Positions 49,109 to 58,931 are shown, numbered from the stretch's first letter. The stretch: DNA of 64,000 bases from Deltaproteobacteria bacterium (GCA_032128115.1 JAQBHB010000040.1:130140-194139); one strand, 5' to 3'. Notes: generated by a model from the letters alone, not told the origin. Made by a program: numbers and translations.

Positions 49109-50242
49109 TCATCTGGCGTCCTGGAGACCCTCGAGTTCTGCCAGGACCGTGTCGAAAGCGCGAATTTCCCGGGCGCCGAAGGTCTCGGCCAGGGCAGCGG
49201 CGCCGAGTCCCACCGGCAGCAATGCCCATGCGGCGCCGCGCAGCAGGCGTCGGCGAGACAGCGCGGCGCGCGGGGCCGCCAGCAACCCGCCGGTCGCGCC
49301 CGCCAGCGTGCCTCCCGCCACGGCGCGCAGGCCCGTTCTTCGCGATCGCGCCGCGTCGCGCCCCGCCTCGAGGATGTGTCGAGCCTCGGCTGCCGCCTTC
49401 GGGTCGACGCCGCCGGGCCGGGTCTCGCCGGGCACCAGATCGATCTCCGCCAGCAACCCGAGGTGGTCCGAGTAGCCGTGCTCCTCGTCGCGGAAGACGA
49501 GGGTGTCGTCGAAGGTTCGCTCGATCGCATGCGGAACGGCGCGAAGCCCCGCGCCGCTGCGGGTGAATACATAATCGATGCGGGCGCCCGGCAGGGTGCC
49601 TCGCGCTCGGTTCGCGGTGTCCGGCCGCACCGAATCCTGGCGGTGATCGAGAGTTACGGCTGCGTCGGCGAGTCCGGAAAGGCCCGTGAGGATGCGGTAC
49701 TCGGGCCGGTCTTCCCGGAGGTTGAAGTCGCCGGCTGCGAGGATCGGGTTGCGGATCGGCGCCAGGCGCGCTGCAAGTTGCACGACCTGACCCACCCGGT
49801 AGGGAAACGAGCCGTCGTGAGCGTCGTCCGTGTACTGGGCGTGCAGGTGGGTATCGACGAGTGTCACAGGGCCCGCGGGGGTCTCGATCTCCAGCAGCGC
49901 GAATCCCTTGCCGCCATGGTAGTCGCCCTCCCAGATGCGTTCGGGTCGACCCCCCAGGTGGTAGGCCTCGAAGTGGGTGCGGGTCACCGGCAGGCGCGAT
50001 AGCACCAGCAACCCGCTGCCACGCGTCGCGGCCTGGTTGTGCCACACGTGGGGAAGTCCCGCGCGCCGCCCGGCGGACGCCAGGGCGTCGCGCGCTCCCC
50101 GGGTCCACACCTCCTGCAGGGCGATCAGATCGGCTTCCAGCCGGGGCAACTGCGTCCCGATCGCCTGCATGCGGAGGGCGACCTCGCGTCCCACCGGCCA
50201 CGGCAGGCCCCAGACATTGAGTGTTACCAGACGCAGTCGCAT
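49109..50242 (-). CDS. EEP-family neutral sphingomyelinase-like phosphodiesterase with C-terminal hydrophobic helices
   Basis: TLNVWGLP, LQEVW, GSGL, GDYHGGKG, THLHAQY, GDFN, RIDYVF, SDH. Confidence 0.8.
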   Translation of the reverse strand: MRLRLVTLNVWGLPWPVGREVALRMQAIGTQLPRLEADLIALQEVWTRGARDALASAGRRAGLPHVWHNQAATRGSGLLVLSRLPVTRTHFEAYHLGGRPERIWEGDYHGGKGFALLEIETPAGPVTLVDTHLHAQYTDDAHDGSFPYRVGQVVQLAARLAPIRNPILAAGDFNLREDRPEYRILTGLSGLADAAVTLDHRQDSVRPDTANRARGTLPGARIDYVFTRSGAGLRAVPHAIERTFDDTLVFRDEEHGYSDHLGLLAEIDLVPGETRPGGVDPKAAAEARHILEAGRDAARSRRTGLRAVAGGTLAGATGGLLAAPRAALSRRRLLRGAAWALLPVGLGAAALAETFGAREIRAFDTVLAELEGLQDAR

Positions 50243-50356
50243 GGCTTACCTCAGCTTGACCTCGTCGGGAGCTGCGGCCGTCATGAGCTTCCGGATTCCA
50301 CCTATCCAGGGGGGAGAGTAGTATGGGTCGTGTACGGGTGGAGGAGGCCCCGGTTC

Positions 50357-50839
50357 ATGCGCGAACACCGCTATTCCCTGGATCTTCCCCACTCTCCCGA
50401 GCGGCTGTGGGCGTTGATGCAGGATTATGCGAACTGGACGCAATACGCCCCCATGGTGATCCGGGTCGACGTGATCCATCCGGGCGATTCCGCGGGCAAC
50501 GGGCTGCTGCGGCGGGTGATCTACAAGCTGCCGTTCGGGCGCCAGGGGTCGGCTCTCGAACTCGTGACGCAGGTCGAGCCTGCACGCGGCTACACGTACA
50601 CGATGATCAGCCGCGACGTGGGAAACGACCAGACCGGTCGTCTGCGGCTCGAGCGACTGGGTTCCAACCGCACGCGCCTGCACTTCGAAGAGCGCTACCA
50701 CCTGGCCGGCGTCCCGTGGCGGTGGTTCGAGGGGCCCATCTACCGCTTCATCAACAGGAAGAACGAGGAGTCCATGCGCAGGCTCTCCGAGTGGCTGACC
50801 TCCCACCCGCAGTACCGCCCGGAACTCGTGGCTTCCTAG
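50357..50839 (+). CDS. SRPBCC/START (polyketide cyclase-like) protein
   Basis: PERLWALMQDYANW...G.LRR...E.V...EP...Y.Y pattern. Confidence 0.8.
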   Translation: MREHRYSLDLPHSPERLWALMQDYANWTQYAPMVIRVDVIHPGDSAGNGLLRRVIYKLPFGRQGSALELVTQVEPARGYTYTMISRDVGNDQTGRLRLERLGSNRTRLHFEERYHLAGVPWRWFEGPIYRFINRKNEESMRRLSEWLTSHPQYRPELVAS

Positions 50840-51465
50840 TCGAGCCTGCCGCCCCAGCGATTCCAGTGGGTGACCCGTTCGGGCGGTGCGCGTCGCGGGA
50901 CCCCCCACTCGCCGCGGGGGTAGCCCACGGGAATCAGGGCCACGGTCTCGTACTCGTCGGGAATTCCGAGAGCGCGCTTCACGTCCTGCTCGCGAAGCTT
51001 GTGGAGTGTGGTGAGGGTGGTGCCCAGACCGCGGCTGCGGGCGGCCAGCATCAGATTCTGGATGGCCGGGTAGATCGAGCCATACCAGGCCGAACTCTGG
51101 GCCGGATCGGCCGGCGGGGTGCCCCGCTTTGCCACCAGGATCAGGGCCGGGGCCTCGCCCAGGTGCTCCACGAGGATCATGGCGCGGCGGTAGACCCGCG
51201 CGGTCTCCTCGGGGAGATTTCCGCTGGCCAACGCCTGGTCGCGGATCACGCGTTCCCCGATCTCGCGATAGATCTCTCCCAGGAGCTTCCGGGGCCCGGC
51301 GTCGGTGATCACCACGAACGCCCAGTTCTGATCGTTCTCGGCACTCGCGGCCTGGGTGGCGGCCTGGACCAGGTAACGAAGGTCTTCCGGGGCAATCGGA
51401 TCCGGCCCGAGGCGGCGCATGGCGCGCAGGGAGTGAATGGCCTCGTGAACGCTGATCTCCGCCAT
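50836..51465 (-). CDS. Nitroreductase family protein
   Basis: RAMRR, AASAENDQNW, SIYPAIQNLMLAARSRGLG, IPVGYP. Confidence 0.9.
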   Translation of the reverse strand: MAEISVHEAIHSLRAMRRLGPDPIAPEDLRYLVQAATQAASAENDQNWAFVVITDAGPRKLLGEIYREIGERVIRDQALASGNLPEETARVYRRAMILVEHLGEAPALILVAKRGTPPADPAQSSAWYGSIYPAIQNLMLAARSRGLGTTLTTLHKLREQDVKRALGIPDEYETVALIPVGYPRGEWGVPRRAPPERVTHWNRWGGRLD

Positions 51466-51514
51466 GGGGGCTCCCGGTTTCGAAAAACGGCGAGAGCATA
51501 CCGGAGGCGTGGGA

Positions 51515-51835
51515 TCAGAAGCGGATCGAGAATCCGAGGCCGAACGTCTTCTTCGCGACCAGGGGACCGTGTACGGCCAGCACCAGATCGCGGCGTCCCA
51601 TGCTGAGCGCGTGGCGATACTCGAGGCCGTGCTGCTTCTGGATCTGGAAGTGGCTCCGCCAGCTCTCGCCTTCCCGGGCGTGATCCGGGTCCACGTGCTC
51701 CAGGATCTGGCGGGCTCGATGGATGCGGGGCTCTTCGGCGGGGGCGGATTCGTCGGCGCGGGCAACGCCACTGGTGAGGGCAAGGGTTCCGCCAACGACG
51801 GCTGCGAACCTGTGCGCTCTCCTGGACCACCGCAT
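51515..51835 (-). CDS. Small secreted protein with a beta-signal-like C-terminus
   Basis: Signal peptide ending ARA; ends FGLGFSIRF; has its own sigma54 promoter. Confidence 0.65.
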   Translation of the reverse strand: MRWSRRAHRFAAVVGGTLALTSGVARADESAPAEEPRIHRARQILEHVDPDHAREGESWRSHFQIQKQHGLEYRHALSMGRRDLVLAVHGPLVAKKTFGLGFSIRF

Positions 51836-51872
51836 GTTGCGGCCACCTCGCGTGCCCTACCGGAGGGGAAAC

Positions 51873-51888
51873 TGCAAGCTGCGTGCCA
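51873..51888 (-). promoter_or_regulatory. sigma54 promoter
   Basis: TGGCACGCAGCTTGCA, consensus. Confidence 0.85.
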
Positions 51889-52123
51889 CGCAAGGCGCCC
51901 GGTGGAACGGGCCAAGTGCTTGGAATCTGGAGGCTTCTCAGCAGATTGCAGAGCGCGTGCAGGGCCCGGTGGGAAGCGGGTTTCACACCTTGGGAAATCC
52001 ACCGGCCGGAGTTGCCGGCGAGTTGCACACGCGTTGCACGGGAACTCGGATTCCGGTGCGAAAACGGAACCGAACACCACACGGCGACGGAGTGGCCCCC
52101 GGTCGCAGGCTGGACCGGCTGAG

Positions 52124-52137
52124 TGAAACATGTTCTA
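52124..52137. promoter_or_regulatory. KstR-type operator
   Basis: TGAAACATGTTCTA matches TnnAACnnGTTnnA, just upstream of the kstR-like gene. Confidence 0.85.
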
Positions 52138-52148
52138 ATCGGCTCGTG

Positions 52149-52736
52149 ATGGAGGAGCGATCCCGGCGCATCGTTGAATCGGCCGTCGAGCTGGCCGAAA
52201 AGGGCGGCTTCGAGGCGGTGCGTCTGCGCGACGTGGCGGCCCATGCGGGCGTCGCCCTGGGAACGCTCTACCGGCGCTTCCGGAGCAAAGAAGACCTGCT
52301 GCTCGCGGCTCTCGAGCTGGAGATCGCCGCGTACGAGCGGGTGCTCGAGAGGCGCCCGCCCCAGGGCGAGAACGCGCTCGAGCGCCTCACCTCGTTCTTC
52401 GAGGCCATGACCCGGGCACTCTGCCGCCGGCCCAATCTGGCTCGCGCCCTGGTGCGCGCCGTGGCGACCGGGGAGCCCGAGTTGACCCAGAAGGTCGCCG
52501 CCTTTCACACGCGGATCGAGGATCTCATCACGTCCGCGCTCCGGGGGGCTCCACCCGATGGCTCCCACGGGCGCATCACCGATCGCGAGCGGACGCTCGC
52601 CTACACGCTGCAGCTGGTGTGGTTCGCGTCGCTGGTGGGCTGGGCCGGCGGTCTGCACGCCCACACGGCGATCGTGGAGCAGACGCGCAATGCCGCCGAA
52701 CTCATGTTGCGGGGCTCGGAGAAAAGAGCCGCATAG
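52149..52736 (+). CDS. kstR: KstR-like TetR repressor of sterol catabolism
   Basis: KGGFEAVRLRDVA..AGVALGTLYRRF.SK, P.L..A..RA, VW.A.L.GW resemble mycobacterial KstR; own operator; sterol gene context. Confidence 0.8.
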   Translation: MEERSRRIVESAVELAEKGGFEAVRLRDVAAHAGVALGTLYRRFRSKEDLLLAALELEIAAYERVLERRPPQGENALERLTSFFEAMTRALCRRPNLARALVRAVATGEPELTQKVAAFHTRIEDLITSALRGAPPDGSHGRITDRERTLAYTLQLVWFASLVGWAGGLHAHTAIVEQTRNAAELMLRGSEKRAA

Positions 52737-52757
52737 GCACGCGGGCCCGCCTGCGAT

Positions 52758-53888
52758 TCAAGCAGAGGCGGGTTCGCGGGCGAAGCGGGCGCCCAGATTC
52801 GCCAGCTGCACGGGGGCGCTGCCCAGGATCAGCTCGGACTGCTTGGCCCACAGGTAGTAACGGTAGAGCGGGTAGTCGACGTCGATGCCGATCCCGCCGT
52901 GCAGGTGCTGTGCGGCGTAGCCCACGAACTGCCCGCCCTCGGCGGCCCAGTACTTCGCCACCGCCACCTCTTCAGGGGCCGCTCGGCCTTCGCCGAGCCG
53001 CCAGGCGGCGAGCCACGTGGTCAGGCGCATGGCTTCCAGTTGGATGAAAGCGTCTGCCGCCCGGGAGTGGACCGCCTGGAAGCTTCCCACCGGTCGATCG
53101 AACTGGATGCGGCTGGTGGTGTATTCGGCGGTCATCTTCAGTGCCTTCTCGGAAACCCCAAGCTGCTGGGCACAGGTGGCCACGGTGGCCCGGTCGCGCA
53201 TCCACTCCGCAGCGGAGGGGTCCGATCCGGGCGCGCACAGTACGTCGTCGGCCTCTACCCGGGCGCCGTCGAGCGCGATGCGTGCGTGAGGCTGGCGGTC
53301 GGTGGTGCGCTGGGCCTCGATTGCAACCCCCTCGGCCATCGGGTCCAGCAGGAACAGGCCCACCGCGGCGTCGGCGGTTGCGGCGGGCACGACGATGCGC
53401 GCGGCCAGTCGGGCGGCGGGAACACAGACCTTCAGGCCGTCCAGGCGCCAGCCGTCAGCCTCCGGGCGTGCGCGTGTGGCGGGCCTGGCGGACTCGTCGT
53501 TGCCGGGTTCGAGCAGGGCCCCGCTCAGGATCACGTCGCCGTTCACCACCCCGGGGAGCCATCGGCTCTTCTGGGCCTCGCTGCCAAAGTGTGCGATGGG
53601 CAGTGCGCCAAGCACCAGGGTGGGAAGCGCCGGTACGGCCGCCACGCTGCGACCCACCTCGGAGAGCAGCAGGCAGGTGGTGAAGAAACCCAGGGCGCTT
53701 CCACCGACCGCCTCGGGCAGGCCGACTCCCAGCAGGTTGGCACGGGCCAGCTCCGACCACAGCCGCCGGTCGATGCCTTCGTCTCCCGCTTCCGCGGCGT
53801 TGCGGCGATCGTGGGTGGAAAGGTCTTCGAGGATCTTGCGCGCGAGGTTCTGGACCTCCTGCTGTTCCTCGCTCAGTGAAAAATCCAT
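52758..53888 (-). CDS. fadE27: Steroid acyl-CoA dehydrogenase subunit (FadE27/ChsE5-like)
   Basis: R.QFDRPVGSFQAV, HLHGGIGIDVDYPL.RY; directly follows the fadE26-like gene. Confidence 0.75.
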   Translation of the reverse strand: MDFSLSEEQQEVQNLARKILEDLSTHDRRNAAEAGDEGIDRRLWSELARANLLGVGLPEAVGGSALGFFTTCLLLSEVGRSVAAVPALPTLVLGALPIAHFGSEAQKSRWLPGVVNGDVILSGALLEPGNDESARPATRARPEADGWRLDGLKVCVPAARLAARIVVPAATADAAVGLFLLDPMAEGVAIEAQRTTDRQPHARIALDGARVEADDVLCAPGSDPSAAEWMRDRATVATCAQQLGVSEKALKMTAEYTTSRIQFDRPVGSFQAVHSRAADAFIQLEAMRLTTWLAAWRLGEGRAAPEEVAVAKYWAAEGGQFVGYAAQHLHGGIGIDVDYPLYRYYLWAKQSELILGSAPVQLANLGARFAREPASA

Positions 53889-53927
53889 GGGGGGCTCCGT
53901 CGCCCGCCGGTCGGGCGGGCGTTTCGT

Positions 53928-55100
53928 CTACTTGTAGTGGGGCATTCCCAGCGCGGTCATCGCGATGATGTCGCGCTGTACTTCGTTGGTGCCGCCTCCG
54001 AACGTGAGGATCAGGGTGTTGCGGTACATCATTTCCACGCGGCCGCGCAGCACGGCGCCCGGCGAGTCGGCCCGGACCACGCCCTCGGCGCCGAAGATCT
54101 CCAGCAGGGCCCGGTAGGCCTCCACGTAGAATTCGCTGCCAAAGACCTTCACGGCCGACGCGTCCGCCGGGTGGAGCTGGCCGTGCTGGAGGGCCCAGGC
54201 CTGCTTCCAGTTCATCAGGCGCAAGACCTCGAGCTTCGCGTGGATCCGGGCCAGGTTCGACTGCACCCAGGCCTGGTCGATCACGCGACGGCCGTCGGCG
54301 AGCTTCGTCTCGTGGGCCCATTGGCGAGCTTCGTCCAGCAGGCGGTGCACCGGCCCCACGTTCATGAGCGAGACGCGCTCGTGGTTGAGCTGTCCCGTGA
54401 TCAGCGACCAACCGTTGTTCTCGCCGCCGATCAGGTTCTCCGCCGGAACCCGCACGTCTTCGTAGAAGGTGGCGTTGGTTCGCACGCCGCCGATGGTGGT
54501 GATGGGTGTGGTCTTGAAGCCCGGTGATGACGTGGGCACCAGGAACATGGAGATTCCGCGGTGCTTCTTGACTTCCGGGTCGGTGCGCGCGGCGAGCCAG
54601 ATGTAGTCGGCGTAGTCGGCCAGGCTCGTCCACATCTTTGCGCCGTTGATGACCCACTCGTCGCCCACGCGCTCGGCCCGGGTCTTGAGCGACGCCAGGT
54701 CGGTGCCGGCCTCGGCTTCCGAGTATCCGATTGCGAAGTGCAGCTTGCCCTGCAGGATCGTGGGGAGAAACCGCTGCTTCTGTTCTTCGTTTCCGTAGCG
54801 CATGAGTGTGGGGCCGACGGTGTTCAGGGTGAGGAAGGGCAGGGGAAAGCCCGAGCGCTGAACCTCGTCGCTGAAGATGTAGTGGTCTACGGGGCCGCGG
54901 GCCTGTCCGCCGAATTCCTTGGGCCAGCCCATCCCCAGCAGGCCGTCGGCTCCCATCTGTTGCAGGGCCTTGTGGTAGCCGGGGCTGCCACCCTCGCTCC
55001 CGCGCATCTCTTCGAGAAGCTCGGGCGTCACGAGCTTCCCGAAATACTCGCGGAGCTCGTCGCGAAAAGCCTTCTGGTCCGGGGTGAGATCGAGATACAT
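53928..55100 (-). CDS. fadE26: Steroid acyl-CoA dehydrogenase subunit (FadE26/ChsE4-like)
   Basis: LHFAIGYSE..AGTDLA, KKHRGIS, QLNHERV, NLARIHAK, ILTFGGGTNEVQRDII. Confidence 0.85.
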   Translation of the reverse strand: MYLDLTPDQKAFRDELREYFGKLVTPELLEEMRGSEGGSPGYHKALQQMGADGLLGMGWPKEFGGQARGPVDHYIFSDEVQRSGFPLPFLTLNTVGPTLMRYGNEEQKQRFLPTILQGKLHFAIGYSEAEAGTDLASLKTRAERVGDEWVINGAKMWTSLADYADYIWLAARTDPEVKKHRGISMFLVPTSSPGFKTTPITTIGGVRTNATFYEDVRVPAENLIGGENNGWSLITGQLNHERVSLMNVGPVHRLLDEARQWAHETKLADGRRVIDQAWVQSNLARIHAKLEVLRLMNWKQAWALQHGQLHPADASAVKVFGSEFYVEAYRALLEIFGAEGVVRADSPGAVLRGRVEMMYRNTLILTFGGGTNEVQRDIIAMTALGMPHYK

Positions 55101-55126
55101 GGGGACCTCGGGTGCGGGTCGCGGAG

Positions 55127-55140
55127 TGGAACGTGTTCTA
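55127..55140. promoter_or_regulatory. KstR-type operator
   Basis: TGGAACGTGTTCTA upstream of fadE26. Confidence 0.85.
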
Positions 55141-55209
55141 GTGGCGACAGTATCCGCTGCGAGCGCCGCCTTGTCCACCCGGGGGCGCGAGCGGCCTTGC
55201 CCGTCGGCG

Positions 55210-55223
55210 TAGAACGTGTTCTA
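55210..55223. promoter_or_regulatory. KstR-type operator
   Basis: TAGAACGTGTTCTA upstream of the ferredoxin gene. Confidence 0.9.
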
Positions 55224-55299
55224 ATCGCCCGGAATCGGCCGGTAGCGGTTCACGGGCCAGTGATCCGCGCCGCGATCGACTACTCGTGAGGGGACATCC

Positions 55300-55494
55300 G
55301 TGAAGATCGTCATCGACTACGACCTCTGCGAGTCCAACGCCGTCTGCATGGACGTGTGCCCGGAGTGCTTCCGGGTCGAAGAGGACGACTCGCTCACCGT
55401 TCTGGTGGAGAACCCGCCGGCGGATCTGGTTCCCAAGGTGCGCGAAGCGGTTCGCCTGTGTCCGCGCCAGGCGATCTCGCTGGACGAGAGCTGA
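55300..55494 (+). CDS. fdxD: Small 3Fe-4S-type ferredoxin (FdxD-like)
   Basis: CESNAVC...CPRQAI; divergent from fadE26 as in mycobacteria. Confidence 0.85.
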   Translation: MKIVIDYDLCESNAVCMDVCPECFRVEEDDSLTVLVENPPADLVPKVREAVRLCPRQAISLDES

Positions 55495-55506
55495 CCCCGG
55501 ACCCAG

Positions 55507-56694
55507 ATGGATTTTCGCGACTCCGCCGAGGAGGCGGCCTTCCGGGTCGAGGCGCGGACGTTTCTCGAAGCGTACGCGCCCGCGGAGATGCCCGACTACT
55601 TCGACGACCAGATCGACCTGGAGACCTACGTCGAGAAGTCGGTGGCGTGGCAGAAGACGCTGTACCAGCATGGCTGGGCCGCCATCACCTGGCCTGCGGA
55701 ATACGGCGGCCGCGGTCTCGGGCCCCTGCAGCAGATCGTGTGGAACCAGGAGTTGACCCGGGTGGGACTGGGCGATTCCCTGTTCCTGCCGGCCATCGGG
55801 CTTGCCGGACCCACGATCATCAGCCACGGCACCGACGACCAGAAGCAGCGCTATCTGGAACCCATGCTGCGCGGCGACGCCATGTGGTGCCAGCTGTTCA
55901 GCGAACCGGGAGCCGGCTCCGACCTGGCGGCCCTGGCCACACGGGCGCTGCGCGACGGCGACGACTGGATCCTGACCGGCCAGAAGACCTGGTGCTCGGG
56001 AGGGCACCACGCGAAGTTCGGCTTCCTGCTGGCCCGCAGCGACCCGTCGGCGCCCAAGCACAAGGGCATCACGTACTTCCTGATCGACATGACTTCGCCC
56101 GGAATCGACGTGCGGCCCCTGCGCGACATGGCCGGCGGCCAACACTTCAACGAAGTGTTCCTGAACGACGTGCGCGTGCCCGACGAGGCCCGCCTGGGGC
56201 CCGAGGGGGGCGGCTGGGACGTGGCCATGACCACGCTCATGAACGAACGCATGGCCATCGGCGGCTTCGAGCGGCTGTTCTCGTTCGACGAGCTGGTGGC
56301 CCACGCCAACCAGCGGCCGGGCGGGCTCGATCCGGTGAAGCGCAACGAGCTGGCCCGGCTGTACACCTGGGTGCGGACCCTGGAGCTGATCAACGCGCGG
56401 GTGGTCACGAAGCTGGGGCGCGGCGAGATGCCGGTGGCGGAGAGCTCCATCATGAAGCTCGCCATCGCCCGCATCGTGACGAAGGTGGCCGAGCTGGGGG
56501 TCGATCTGCTGGGCCCCGAGGGCCTCGCGCGCCGCGGGCCGTGGCAAAACCGTTTTCTCGGCGCGCCGGCGATCCACATCGCCGGTGGCACCGACGAGAT
56601 CCAGAAGAACGTGGCTGCCGAGCGGGTGCTCGGCCTACCGCGCGAGCCGCGCGGCGACCGCGACGTTCCCTTCGACCAGCTTCCCCGCAGCTGA
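55507..56694 (+). CDS. Acyl-CoA dehydrogenase
   Basis: WCQLFSEPGAGSDLA, KHKGIT, FNEVF, TTLMNER, IAGGTDEIQKN. Confidence 0.92.
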   Translation: MDFRDSAEEAAFRVEARTFLEAYAPAEMPDYFDDQIDLETYVEKSVAWQKTLYQHGWAAITWPAEYGGRGLGPLQQIVWNQELTRVGLGDSLFLPAIGLAGPTIISHGTDDQKQRYLEPMLRGDAMWCQLFSEPGAGSDLAALATRALRDGDDWILTGQKTWCSGGHHAKFGFLLARSDPSAPKHKGITYFLIDMTSPGIDVRPLRDMAGGQHFNEVFLNDVRVPDEARLGPEGGGWDVAMTTLMNERMAIGGFERLFSFDELVAHANQRPGGLDPVKRNELARLYTWVRTLELINARVVTKLGRGEMPVAESSIMKLAIARIVTKVAELGVDLLGPEGLARRGPWQNRFLGAPAIHIAGGTDEIQKNVAAERVLGLPREPRGDRDVPFDQLPRS

Positions 56695-56726
56695 TCCGCA
56701 TTCCGGACGAGGCGGGCGAGCGCCGC

Positions 56727-57647
56727 TCAGGGATGAATGGCGTAGACCAGCACGCCGCTGGACGGAACCCGGATGATCCTCAACGTGCGGCCGTTTACCC
56801 GCTGCGAGATCTGGGTGCGACCACTGGTATCGGCGGAAACCTGGTCGATGATCCCGGCGACGAATTGGTTCACGCTGTCCGCATTGGCCCCGAACACCGC
56901 GTTGTTCACGCGGCGGTAGCTCGGGTGAGCGTGTCCGGGCGTCGAGACCGATCCGGCGGCGATGGGGGTCGAGAAGCTCACCCGATCGGCCCGCACCTCG
57001 AACAGCGTGTCGCCCGATTTCGCGCTTCGCCGAAGAGAGCCGTCGGACAGCGTCTCGCGCTTCCAGGTGCCGACGCCGCGATCGGCGGCAGTGAGAGGCT
57101 CGCGCATGCGCCCGACCAGCGCGTTCACGTCGAACCGGCGATCGCTCCAGCCGGACTGTCCCGGTGCCGGTGCCGCCGGACTCGAGGGACCGGGGCGCGT
57201 CCGGCGGCCTGCGGCCCTGCTCTTCTTGTCGGCGCGACGTGTCAGCACGCGCGCCCTCTCGGGTTCGGGAAGCAGCTTCAGCAGGTTCCCCGGGATCTGG
57301 CGCATCCGCCTCACCTCGCTTCGGCCCATGAACTCGCGGGCAAAGATCGCCACCTGGTCGTCGTCCGTGTAGAAGAGGTAGAGCGTCTGGCCGTCGGCTA
57401 CGTGCAGGTACTGGGGCTTGCCGTTGCTGGTGACGTAGCCGCGGACCGTGAGATCGAGCTTGGATTCCAGGGCGAGATGGGCGGCTCCCTCGTCGCTGGC
57501 CATGGCGAGAGTCAGGCCCGCCACTTCAGCGGCCCGGGAGCGGTGCTCCAGTGCCGTGCATCCCAGCGTCAGGATCAGCCCCACGGCGCCCCAGGCGGCG
57601 AGCGCCGAGGCCGAGATCCGGTGGGTCTGGCATGCGGAGCGGAGCAT
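56727..57647 (-). CDS. Hypothetical lipoprotein
   Basis: Lipobox TLG-C; two domains joined by a Pro/Ala/Arg linker. Confidence 0.6.
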   Translation of the reverse strand: MLRSACQTHRISASALAAWGAVGLILTLGCTALEHRSRAAEVAGLTLAMASDEGAAHLALESKLDLTVRGYVTSNGKPQYLHVADGQTLYLFYTDDDQVAIFAREFMGRSEVRRMRQIPGNLLKLLPEPERARVLTRRADKKSRAAGRRTRPGPSSPAAPAPGQSGWSDRRFDVNALVGRMREPLTAADRGVGTWKRETLSDGSLRRSAKSGDTLFEVRADRVSFSTPIAAGSVSTPGHAHPSYRRVNNAVFGANADSVNQFVAGIIDQVSADTSGRTQISQRVNGRTLRIIRVPSSGVLVYAIHP

Positions 57648-57800
57648 GATCCTCGGGTCTTCAGCGTAGTGGGGCCGGAATCGCCAGCCCCCCGGATGAT
57701 GGATCGTCGCGCCGCAGCCCTCACTTGAGTGCAGCTGGGAGCTTCAAAAGTCCTGTTTTTCAATAAAAATCGGCGGCTTTCGCCAGGGTTCGGGAACGGA

Positions 57801-58931
57801 CTAGAAGCCCTTGAGATCCGCGATGCGGCGGTGATGGTGGGTGGCGTCGCCCAGCAGGGTCTGATTCGCCCGCGCGCGGCGGTAATACAGATGCGGTGTG
57901 GCCTCCCAGGTGAAGCCGATGCCCCCGTGGATCTGCACGTTCTCGACCGCGGCGCGCTGGTAGGCCTCGGCGCAGAAGGCCTTGGCCACACTGGCCGCCA
58001 GCGGAAGCTCCTCGGGGTTTTCGGCCGCTGCCCACGCGGCGTAGTGGGCCGCCGTCTTCGCACTCTCGACCTCCAGCAGCACGTCGGCGCATTTGTGCTT
58101 GATGGCCTGGAACGAGCCGATCGGTCGGGCGAACTGTACGCGGTGCTTGGCGTATTCGACCGCGTCGTCCAGGCAGCGCTGGGTGCCGCCGGCGCACTCG
58201 GCCGCCAGGGCAACGCAAGCCTGATCCAGGGTCCGGACCAGCGCCGGGGCGATTCCGCCTTCGGCTCCCACGCATTCCGCGCGTGCGCCGGCGAATTCGA
58301 CGTCGGCGAGCCGGCGGGTGGGATCGAGAGACTCGACCGGACTGGTCTTGACGCCCGGGGCACCGCCTCGCACGGCCAGCAGTGTGAGTCCGTCCTCACC
58401 CCGGGTTCCCGGAACGCGGGCAACCACCAGGATCAGATCCGCCGCCGCCGCGTCGGTGACGAAGCGCTTGCGACCGGTCAGGACGTAGGCGTCGTCATCC
58501 CGCGAGAATTCGAGTTCCACGTCCCCCGGCCGCCAACCCGCGACATCGTCAAGCAGGGCGAGTGTGGCGAGAGTCGCTCCCGAGGCGATTCCGGGCAGCA
58601 GGGCCGTCTTCTGCGCCTCGCTGCCGGCGTGCAGCAGGGCCCCTGCCGCCAGACACACGCTGGAGAAGAAGGGGCCGCACAGCAGCACGCGACCCATCTC
58701 TTCCATCGTGATCGCGAGCTCCAGGAAGCCGAAGCCCTGGCCCCCGTAGGCCTCGGGAATCTGGATGCCCTGGAGCCCCAGCTCCGCGGCCATCTGCTTC
58801 CAGATCGACCGGTCATAGCCGTCAGCGGTGTCGATCAGACGCAAGACCTCCGTCGCCGGCGATTTCTCCTCGAGAAAGCGCCGCAGGCTGGATCGAAACT
58901 CCTCCTGCTCGTCGCTGAATGCGAAATTCAC
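57801..58931 (-). CDS. Acyl-CoA dehydrogenase (partner-subunit type)
   Basis: FAFSDEQEE, EEMGR, R.QFARPIGSFQAIKH, QIHGGIGFTWE. Confidence 0.9.
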   Translation of the reverse strand: MNFAFSDEQEEFRSSLRRFLEEKSPATEVLRLIDTADGYDRSIWKQMAAELGLQGIQIPEAYGGQGFGFLELAITMEEMGRVLLCGPFFSSVCLAAGALLHAGSEAQKTALLPGIASGATLATLALLDDVAGWRPGDVELEFSRDDDAYVLTGRKRFVTDAAAADLILVVARVPGTRGEDGLTLLAVRGGAPGVKTSPVESLDPTRRLADVEFAGARAECVGAEGGIAPALVRTLDQACVALAAECAGGTQRCLDDAVEYAKHRVQFARPIGSFQAIKHKCADVLLEVESAKTAAHYAAWAAAENPEELPLAASVAKAFCAEAYQRAAVENVQIHGGIGFTWEATPHLYYRRARANQTLLGDATHHHRRIADLKGF

